Source of the DNA: Ostrea edulis
Lineage: Eukaryota
Assembly (NCBI RefSeq): GCF_947568905.1
Contig: NC_079171.1
Coordinates: forward strand, 8,432,001-8,496,000
Length of the DNA stretch: 64,000 nucleotides
Direction of reading: 5' to 3'
Part shown: positions 1 through 11,500 of the stretch, one piece after another
Layout of the letters: every line of letters starts with the position of its first letter
Numbering within the stretch: position 1 is the first letter of the stretch
Translations under genes and position numbers: made by a program
The notes under the pieces: model-generated
Told to the model about the DNA's origin: nothing
Seen by the model: the letters and a program-made list of their open reading frames with translations, nothing else
The model's database searches: none

Positions 1-410
1 CAAGTTATCCGCATTACATAAACTTAACCGTCCATGTGACTGAAACTAGTGTGAATATATTTACCTTAAAGCAGGGCTTTTTTCCACGGGGTTATATATT
101 TTGCTTATTTTAGCGGTTAGATGGCTTTCCGCCAAAATTTCAATTGCCAAATATCCACTCAATTGCAACTTTAGTTACATGTGAAAGAGAGACAACTCTT
201 CCCTGTCCACCAAAATTTATTAAGGATACCTTTCAGCCAACAAATCGCCAAATTTTAAACCCGCGGAATAAACCCGCTATATGACATATGCTTCCAGGTA
301 TAAAAAAATAATCTGGATTTACAGCATAACAAAATATCAATCCAAAAAATTCTGCATTTCTTTTATTTCTTGAGCACATTATACAAAATAGAAGTGGACA
401 GCTTTAGACC

Positions 411-426
411 TTATTCATCTTCCCAT
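411..426 (-). CDS. Coiled-coil gene, last coding exon ((R)WEDE*)
   Basis: Acceptor ctttttcttacag|A TGG GAA GAT GAA TAA; phase 2 matches the preceding exon. Confidence 0.6.
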
Positions 427-3400
427 CTGTAAGAAAAAGACAAACTATCGTCAGTAAAGTAGTAATAGCATGTACAATTGAAAAGATTGTGTTTTTTATT
501 GGGGGAACTTATCACGTGCATTCATATCAAAGCGCATTCATATCAAAGCGTATTACCGAGGTGAAAATAAAGAAGTGATTAATGTATTTGCTTGTTCATA
601 GATTACAGACACGGCTGATATTAATAGATGGTGTAAAATTATGTCGTGTGTGTGTGTGTGTATGTTTGTGCAAGTTTTTTTTTTTTTTACTTTGTATTTT
701 TGGATAAGTTTTACGAGGCTCTCACAGTTTACACAATGATATGTATACATGATAAGTTTATGAGGTTCTCACAGTTTACACAATAACGTGTACACATGAT
801 ACGTTTTATGAGGTTCTTACAGTTTATACAATGATATGTACACATGATTAGTTTTATGAGGTTCCCACAGTTTACACAATGCTATGTACATATGATATAT
901 AAGTTTTATGAGGTTCTCACAGTTTACACAATGATATGTACACATGATTAGTTTTATGAGGTTCTCAAGTTTACACAAGATGTACACATGATAAGTTCTA
1001 TGAGGTTCTCACAGTTTATACAATGATATGTACACATGATTAGTTTTATGAGGTTCTCACAGTTTACACAATGATATGTACATATGATATATAAGTTTTA
1101 TGAGGTTCTCACGGTTTACACAATGATATGTATACCTGATAAGTTTTATGAGGTTCTTACAGTTTACACTAGATGTATACATGATAAGTTTTATGATGTT
1201 CTCACAGTTTATACAATCATATGTTCATATATGAGAAGTTTTTGAGGTTCTCACAGTTTACACAATGATATGTACACATGATTAGTTTTATGAGGTTCTC
1301 ACAGTTTACACAAGATGTACACATGATAAGTTTTATGAGGTTCTCACAGTTTCCACAATGATATGTATACATAAGTTTTATGATGTTCTCACAGTTTATA
1401 CAATGATATGTACATATATGATAAGTTTTATGAGGTTCTCACAGTTTACACAATGATATGTATACATGATAAGTTTATGAGGTTCTCACAGTTTATACAA
1501 TATGTACATATATGATAAGTTTTTGAAGTTCTCACAGTTTACACAATGATATGTACACATGATAAGTTTTATGATGTTCTCACAGTTTACACAATGATAT
1601 GTACACATGATAAGTTTTTGAGGTTCTCACAGTTTACACAATGATATGTATACATGATAACTTTTATGAGGCTCTCACAGTTTACACAATATGTACACAT
1701 GATTAGTTTTATGAGGTTCTCACAGTTTACACGAGATGTATACATGATAAGTTTTATGAGGCTCTCGCAGTTTACATGAGATGTACACATGATAAGTTTT
1801 ATGAGGTTCTCACAGTTTACACAATGATATGTACACATGATTAGTTTTATGAAGTTCTCACAGTTTACACTAGATGTATACATGATAAGTTTATGAGGTT
1901 CTCACAGTTTACACAATAATATGTACACATGATAAGTTTTATGAGGCTCTCACGGTTTACACAATAATATGTACACATGATAAGTTTTATGAGGTTCTCA
2001 CAGTTTACACAAGATGTACACATGATAAATTTTATGAGGTTCTCACAGTTTATACAATGATATGTACATATATGATAAGTTTTATGATGTTCTCATGGTT
2101 TACACAATGATATGTACACATGATAAGTTTTATGAGGTTCTCACAGTTTATACAATGATATGTACACATGACTAGTTTTATGAGGTTTTCACAGTTTACA
2201 CAAGATGTACACATGATAAGTTTTATGAGGTTCTCACAGTTTACACAATGATATGTACATATGATATATACGTTTTATGAAGTTCTCACAGTTTACACAA
2301 TAATATGTATACATGATAAGTTTTATGAGGCTCTCACAGTTTACACTAGATGTACACATGATAAGTTTTATGAGGCTCTCACGGTCTACATAATGATATG
2401 TACATATGATAAGTTTTATGAGGTTCTCACGGTCTACATAATGATATGTACACATGATAACTTTTATGAGGTTCTCACGCTTTACGCAATGACAATGTAA
2501 CCTGATAAGTTTCATGTCACATGTTATGTTACCTGACACCTGATAAGTTTCATATCACATGTTACGTTACCTGACAACTTTCGTTTCTTTGCGGTTCTTA
2601 GTTCGAATCATCCGGAGTTTGCGGTCCCGTTCAGTTAGGTTTTCTTCGTCGTCTTTATCCACATTATCCGCTTTCTTTTTACTTGTAATGTTCACCTACG
2701 TAAGACAATACGTAAACCGATTATGATTGCAAAATAAAAAAATAATAAATACTTTTCGATATTTCAAGAAAAAGTATCCCATTGCTTTAATTGCTGGACT
2801 GTAATATAACTGAATGCAGTCTTCCACTCAAGTATTTGATTTATTGTAGATGTAAATGTCTTCTCTACATGCCTTCAGTGAAACTATATTCAAGGGCGTA
2901 GCTAGGACCATTTCAATGTGTAGGCCCGAAAGATGAAGGTTTCACTGAGGCGAAGCGCCGAGGGGGGGGGGGGGGGGGGGGGGATAGGTGCAGGAGGGGA
3001 TAGCCCTTAGAAATTTTTGATATATTAGGACTTATTTGTACTAGTCTGGGCATCAAAATTATTGCAAAATTTTCAACGATTTTTAAACCGAGTCGAGTGA
3101 GTCATTGTGATCATAATTTCATTAAAAAAAATGTAACCGTTATTTACATCATGTAGAATACATTATAAAAAGAAAAGGCCTGACAGAAAAATAATTTTAA
3201 AAACTAGAGTATAATATGAACATAATTATTTTTTGCAAACATCTATGGAAAAAAAATGTGTTTTGGAAATAAAAAAAAATGTGTACGCACGTTCCTACTC
3301 GAGCCTAACGAAGCTACGCTCCTAATATTCAAGAATGGGTTATGTGTTAACCCAATGACAGTAGAGGCCTTTGCATTGTATAAAGGGTTTGCTTTCTTGT

Positions 3401-5476
3401 AAGAAAACCCATTTGTGTTCGCTACAGAGTAATTTTTGCCACAGATTAATTTTCGTTACAGGTTAATTTTCGTTACAGATTAATTTTTGTTAAAGGTTAA
3501 TTTTCGTTACAGATTAATTTTCGCTATAGATTAATGTTGCCTATAAACCAATTGTTGCTATATTCACTGTAGACCAAAATATATAACTTAACCATTGAAA
3601 CGGTACGGAATTGGCCTGAAAATGAAATGTTACAAGATGAATTGGCAAAGTGAATTCATAACTGCATGACAATAGATTGTTCCGTGAGTAATTGGCACAG
3701 TGAATTTAAAGCTGCATGAAAATAGAATGTTTCGTTGCTAATTGGCAAAGTGAATTTATAACTGCATGAAAATAGAATGTTTCGTGACTAATTGGCAAAG
3801 TGAATGTATAACTGCATGGCAATACATTGTTTTTTGAGTAATTGGTAAAGTGAATTTAAAGCTGCATGACTATAGATTGTTTCGTGACTAATTGACACAG
3901 TGAATTCATAACTCCATGACAATAAATTGTTTCGTGACCAATTGGTAAAGTGAATCTATAACTGCATGACAATAGATTGTTTCATGACTAATTGGCACAG
4001 TGAGTTTATAACTGCATGGAAATAAATTGTTTCGTGACTAATTGGCAAAGTGAATTTAAAGCTGCTTGCAAATGGATTTTTATACGGCGAAGTGAATTGA
4101 AAACTGCATAAAAACGGTTTTGTTACGATAATAGTTGACAAAGCGAATATAAAACTGCATGAAAATGAATTGTCATAAGATCACTTGGCAAAGTAAATAT
4201 AGAACTTCCTGACAATGGATTGTAAGGAGATACTTACCCATTTGCCTTTGAACTTCTGGAGCATCATCTGTCTCTGTACTCTGTTCATCATGTTCATCAT
4301 GGCGTTCCTCGCCGGATTCTCCTTGTGAATGGATTCCTCCTCCTCCAGGATCCGTCGTGATTTCTCCTCAGAGAAAACCTTGTTAGTCCACTTGATGCGT
4401 GCCCTGAGTAAAACACCGGGAGGTAGTTACGACACCATAACAATACATAATAGGGCTCACTGCCTCAGAGAAAACCTTGTTAGTCCACTTGATGTGTGCC
4501 CTGAGTAAAACACCGGGAGGTAGTTACGACACCATAACAATACATAATAGGGCTCACGGCTCACAGCGGGTGTGACCGGTCGACAGGGGATGCTTACTCC
4601 TCCTAGGCACCTGATCCCACATCTGGTGTGTCCAGGGGTCCGTGTTTGCCCACCTATCTACTTTGTATTGCTTATAGGAGTTATGGGATCGTTATCTTCA
4701 CCTTTCATAATGTACAATATTCAACAATATTCTAAATTCGCATGCTAACATTCTATTAGAAATAACTTATTTCTACTTTTTTCGCTTATCTAAATATCAA
4801 CTAAAACAAGAGGTCCATGGGCCACATCACTCACCTGAGTCACCTTGGCCCATATCTGAAGACTTTTCATATATATTTGCATGTAAAACCTTAGTCCCTA
4901 TTATGGCCCAAACTACCCTTTGCAAACTTGAATCTACACTATGTCAGAAAGCTTTCATGTAAATGTCAACTTCTTTGGCCCAATGGTTCTTGAGAAGAAG
5001 ATTTTTAAAGCTTTTTCCTATATTTGTATGTAAAACTTTGACCCCCCCCCCCCCCAATTGTGGCCCCATCCTACCCCCCGGGGGCCATGATTTGAACAAA
5101 CTTGAATCTGCACTATATCAGAAAGTTTTCTTGTAAATATCAGCTTTTCTGACTTAGTGGTTATTGAGAAAAAGATTTTAACTATATATTTGTATGTAAA
5201 ACTTTGATCCCCCTTGTGGCCCCATCCTACCCCCGGGGGCCATGATTTGAACAAACTTGAATCTGCATTATGTCAGGAAGCTTTCATGTAAATCTCAGCT
5301 TTTCTGGCTTAGTGGTTCTTGAGAAGAAGATTTTTAAATGACCCCACCCTATTTTTGCATTTTTGTGATTATCTCCCCTTTGAAAGGGACATGGCCCTTC
5401 ATTTGAACAAACATGGAAGCCCTTCACCCAAGGATGTGTTTGGCCATGTTTGGTTGAAATTGGTCCAGTGGTTCAT

Positions 5477-5513
<37 letters not shown>

Positions 5514-8500
5514 TGGACAGACAGACAGACAGACGGACGCCGACAAAATGTGATCAGAAAAGCTCACTTGAACCTTCGGTTCAGGTGAGCTAAAAACGAG
5601 AGTAATAAAGTTATTAAATTTTCAGAAAAATTGTTTAATCTGAGACAGGAGGTCTGAAGAATTAAAATCTCCACATACTCAGTAGTTACACTCAGTCGAA
5701 GGGTTGGCTTCCATTGGGAAAAAACCCTCCAAACTGTCTAAATTTGCAAAAAGACAATTTACACCAGAATTTAGCAATGTTAGATCCAAAAAGATGTACA
5801 TTATATAGAGAATATTACAAGCTAAAATTCATGTTGTATTTCATATCAGCTCGAGTGGTCCCATATCAGCCCGAGGGCCAAAGGCTGATTTTACATCATG
5901 GTATTTTTTATAGCATGCGGGTTTCTTTCGTGCATTTTAAAGGTGGATCAAGGGATATTTGATACATTGCCTAACTTTGGTATAAACCTTGATACATTTA
6001 TTTACCATGAATATTTGAAACATTGCCTAACTTTGGTATAAACCTCGATACATTTATTTACCATGAATATTTGATACATTGCCTAACGTTTGTATAAACC
6101 TTGATTTACTATGAATATTTGATACATTGCCTAACTTTGGTATAAACCTTGATACATTGATTTACAATGGTAAAACCTTTGATAATTGATTTATCGTGAT
6201 TAATATAATTTGATACATTGATGAACTATGGTTAAATCCTCGATATATTGTCTTATTATACTAAATATCATGATATTTTGATTGACCATGATAAAAACTT
6301 TGATACACATATCATTATAAGCGAATACGTTATTTCTGAATTTTTATTTATTTTTGTACGCCAGTCTGATATATTTTTCGGACCGTTTGTAAATATGGGC
6401 TATAGCGATATCACTCGTATCACGCAGTACAGAATACCCATAACCAATAATTCATCTAATTCACATTGATAGGGGTTGTCAATTCCTTATGCTGTACCAG
6501 TGTACGACGTTTGGTGTTAATCAAGCCACTAATTTCTAATCTGTTTTATGTAGTTTGTTTACAAAATGTCAGGGGGCAAAATTCCCAACAATTCAGTAAC
6601 ATCAATGAATAACCGGGGGAAGGGGGTAGACATGTAATATTAAGAATATCCCATAGTTTGTGGTTTGATATGATTTATATCCAACTCCTTGTGTTTTCTA
6701 TCCCTGGGCCTTAGAGAGCTATGGATGACATGGAAATGTAAAATAATTATCCCCGCCTCCTTCAAAGAGGAGGAGCATATTTGCGTTGCATCTGTCAGTC
6801 AGTTGACCACGTGTTGTCTGCTCAATATCCTGAGAATCATGTGTAATGGATGCCACAATTGACGTAGAAAATTATAGTGTATTAATTAAAATGCATGTTA
6901 TAATTAAATAAAGAAGTAAACATGCATTAACATTTTAAAATACAGCATTAAACAAGTAACAGAGAAGAAAACAGATAAATCCAGACAGATAAATCCTTGG
7001 CGTTCTGATAAATGTGGTAGTGCTTACATTCTGACAATGTCCTCTTGTACAGAAAACTTGAGATCCTCGTTATACTGCCTCAGTGACTCCTCTTCCGTCC
7101 TCATCTTACTCTACAGAGATCACACACACACAGAATTAATCATCTTACTCTACAGAGATCACACACACAGAATTAATCATCTTACTCTACAGAGATCACA
7201 CACACACAGAATTAATCATCTTACTCTACAGAGATCACACACACACACAGAATTAATCATCTTACTCTACAGAGATCACACACACACAGAATTAATCATC
7301 TTACTCTACAGAGATCACACACACACACAGAATTAATCATCTTACTCTACAGAGATCACACACACACAGAATTAATCATCTTACTCTACGGAGATCAGAC
7401 ACACCAAACTAAAGTCGGTGGACAATTTTAAAGTTTCTCTTTAACCAACATACATTTAACTGTACTTTAAATAAAAACACTATTTATTGATTCTTTACCT
7501 CGAGCTCATTGTATGTCGCTACAAGCCTCTTCAGCGCTCTGCTGAACTTCCGTTGGTTGGCTGAGACAGTCTTATCATTTTCTAAGATCTTCTGCATCTC
7601 AATCTTCTCCTTCCTAGCCTGCTCAGCCTAAAATGACAACAGTTTCATTAGACCACAGCTCAGCCTAAAATGACAACAACTTCATTAGACCACAGCTCAG
7701 CCTAAAATGACAACAACTTCATTAGACCACAGCTCAGCCTAAAATGACAACAGCTTCATTGGACGACAGCTCAGCCTAAAATGACAACAGCTTCATTAGA
7801 CCACAGCTCAGAAGAATGACAACAGCTTCATTAGACCACAGCTCAGCCTAAAATGACAACAGCTTCATTGGACGACAGCTCAGCCTAAAATGACAACAGC
7901 TTCATTAGACCACAGCTCAGAAGAATGACAACAGCTTCATTAGACCACAGCTCAGCACTGATAACTCAGAATAGGTCAACAGGGGATGATTGCTGCTCCT
8001 TAGCACACCTCTAGTGTGTCCAGGATGCCGTTTCATCAAACATCGTAACTCGTTGTGTAAGCTTAGTTTGGCGTAACTTTCTGACTAGATTAAATATTTT
8101 ACGCAAGTCTGTTTCATCAAATGACGTAACTTTAGAATTTACGCAAGTTTTCTACTATCAACTAGTAGAAATGCTACCGCAGGTCAAAGTCTTACATAAG
8201 TACCTACGTAAGCTTAAATCATGGCAGACCATTTGATGTATATACAAAATTTTTACCAACAAACTTTGCATCATGATAGATTTTTTTCGAGGCAGAATGC
8301 TTTTAGACGTTTATTACTATAAATATGTAATGGTTACTTCCCTTAGAATTTACAGGATGAGTAAGATAGTGAAATTGACAAAGGATTTAAAGCTTACATG
8401 TATCTCAGAATAATTGTGTCCCTGTGTTTTTTGCAGTGTTTATTTTTTCAGTACTTCACTTTCACTGAGCATGTGCCTGCAGTTTTCCTTCAATATCTAC

Positions 8501-11500
8501 ATCTTCCCTGAGCATGACACAATGGTCCTTGTGTACTATGGTCAGTTTTTACCTGTTGTCTGAGCATGTCCCGGTGGTTCTCGTGTACTAATGTCAGCAG
8601 GGACTGGTCAATATTTACCTGTTCCCTGAGCATGTCCCGGTGGTTCTCGTGTACTACGGTCAGCAGGGACTGGTCAGAATTTACCTTCTGTCTAAGCATG
8701 TCCCGGTGGTTCTCATGTACTACGGTCAGCAGTGACTGGTCAGTATTTACCTTCTGTCTAAGCATGTCCCGGTGGTTCTCGTGTACTACAGTCAGCAGGG
8801 ACTGGTCAGTATTTACCTGTTCCCTGAGCATGTCCCGGTGGTTCTCGTGTACTACAGTCAGCAGGGACTGGTCAATATTTACCTGTTCCCTGAGCATGTC
8901 CCGGTGGTTCTCATGCACTACGGTCAGCAGGGACTGGTCAATATTTACCTGTTCCCTGAGCATGTCCCGGTGGTTCTCGTGTACTACGGTCAGCAGGGAC
9001 TGGTCAATATTTACCTGTTCCCTGAGCATGTCCCGGTGGTTCTCATGCACTACAGTCAGCAGGGACTGGTCCAGAAGTTCTCCCACCGCCTTGTTGTACT
9101 CTACGTCTGTCTCCTTCTCATCATCCTACAGTCCAAAAACCTTCCCACATTACAGTTCTAATACAATATTGTATACCACAACATAATAAATTTCACAAAT
9201 CACATATATCTATACATCCTGTGGGGATCGGGGTTAGAATACATCCTCAGTACCCCCTTGCTCATCACAAGAGGCGACTAAATGGGGCGATCCTTTAGAT
9301 GAGATTGCAAAAAACCAAGGCCCTGTGTCACAGAAGGTGTGGCAGGATAAAGATATCTCACTGCTAAAAGGCCATAAGAGCCAAAATTAGGCCTACATTT
9401 TGCAGCCCTTCATATGAGTGCAAGATTCTCAGTTAAACAATATACAATCAATCAAATATCTATATAAGATGAAAGTGGGAACTGCTTAGATCAAATTAAG
9501 TTTTCTTTTACAAATATGAAATCAATTCTGTAGCCATTTCAAGGGGTATGACTTGGTTCAACAGAAGAGTTAAGGTATCAATGGCTCTCTGATACCACTT
9601 CAGGAAATCTTTAACAGCTGGATCATGAAATAACTAAGTCATAACCTTCATGAACTTCCCTTTGACTAATTACTGACCACTGACCTTTAACCTTTCTGAG
9701 GCCTCCTCCAGATCCGTGTTGACGAGTGACCGTTTGTGATTGGTTTCTGCCATACTGTCCACCAAGGAGTCAATACTTGCCGTTTTCTTTGAAAAGAAAT
9801 GAATTGGATAGGTTTGTACCAAATAACTATTTTCTTAATACAGTTTTTTTTTTAATTTGATTATAAGAGGTTAACAATTAAATCGAAGTGGCTCATTACA
9901 CCAAACATGTATTTAATGGCTCGATCCTTAAAGCACCTCGTATTAAAATCCTCCACCCCTATTAGATCCACTTTAACTTTTAAGTAAATAATTGAATCCT
10001 CATGTCCTAACAATATGCACATCTACAAATGTCAATGAAGCATTGTACAAAATTTCAAATCTATCACATAAGCCATATAGGAGGAGAAGTGTTAACAAGT
10101 TATTTTACATCCTCTACCCTTCTTAGATCCATTATAAGTTTTAGGAAGACGATTGGATCCTCCTGTCCTGACAATATGCACATCTGCAAATGGCAATGAA
10201 GCATTGTACAAAGTTTCAAATCAATCCAATAAGCCATACAGGAGGAGAAGTGTTCACAAGCTATAAGATCCACTATAACTTTTAGGATTATAATTGAATC
10301 CTCCTGTCCTGACGTATCTAATTACATAACTTTTCATTGGTTACTTCTAGATATAATTATCATCAAATCATAATACAGGTGACTTTTACTTTCATTCTGA
10401 CTTTTGTTAAGAACGGTATTTAAAACTGAGCACAACTTTCCATGCTCATGCAGGGCTAATTAATTCTGCTGAGCCAAAACCTTTCAATAATATCAGGAGT
10501 TATCTCACCCTATATTTTGATTATATTTGTTTATTTTTTCGATTTAGTTATATTTTTCTCTTAAGCCACATTCATTCCCTCGGAACATTATTTTGCTACC
10601 TGGGTATTTGGTATTTATCATACAATTGCTGAATTTTATTAATTAAAGATATAAAACTTTATTCATTTACCTGGGTTGAATACTTTACATAAAACATATT
10701 CTTAAAAAAAAAAATACCCGGTAAAAAACATTTCAATAGTAGTGGGCTGAATGCCCAACTACTACACATGTAGCATAAATCTAGTTTGGCATCGGTGAAA
10801 GCTATATATAGCTTTCTTCATGCACGTGAAATATTATCTCCGACACGCGAAACAAAATAGTTTGTGATGACTCACTGCGGTGTCATCTTTCATGAAATAT
10901 TATCTCCGACACGCGAAACAAAATAGTTTGTAATGACTCACTGCGGTGTCATCTTTCATGGCTAGCAGCAGTTTGAGCTGGTGCTCGCGCTCTTCCTCGG
11001 CCATTCTGTCCACCAGTTTAGCGTTCTCTTTGTGAACCAGTTCACACTGCACTGTGTCCTTGACCACCTCCTGTTGATGGGTTTGGACTCTCTTTTCTGC
11101 CGCCATTTCTCTCTGTAGAAATTTATGTGTCACAGAAATTAAAACCCAATTAAAACATGTCTAATTAATACCTTTATATCAGGGCCAGCTATCACGTTTG
11201 ATATATATTCTTCGAAGAGGGAGATCGCATGTTTATGTTATGTTCATTTAATAAATAAATTTCAATTCTGAAAATACACGAGGTCATGTAAGTGCAATGT
11301 TTTACACCAGAATGAATAGTATATATATGCCGGCTAGATTAGCCTTGCATGCAGTTCAAACTTCCAACCCTCACGTATTTTCAAAATTGAAATTTATTTT
11401 TTATATTTACAATTTCTACTTTCATTTCTGTTGGATTTCCCAGTTGTTACATATACGTGCTATATTTATTAAGATTCATACGCACATTGTTTATATCTAA

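Noticed and set aside
2961-2983. Poly-G/poly-C tracts as regulatory G-quadruplexes (also 15167-15187, 27894-27910)
   Set aside because: They are variable homopolymers, mostly inside MITEs, and prone to sequencing error.
7103-7405. Recursive (ratchet) splice sites in tag|AGTAAG units
   Set aside because: An extra A separates AG from GTAAG, so it is not the AG|GT ratchet consensus; no other support.
8490-9086. PAS-like motif in LLTVVHENHRDMLREQ
   Set aside because: Superficial resemblance over ~15 residues; neighbouring exons are coiled-coil-like with no PAS fold pattern.
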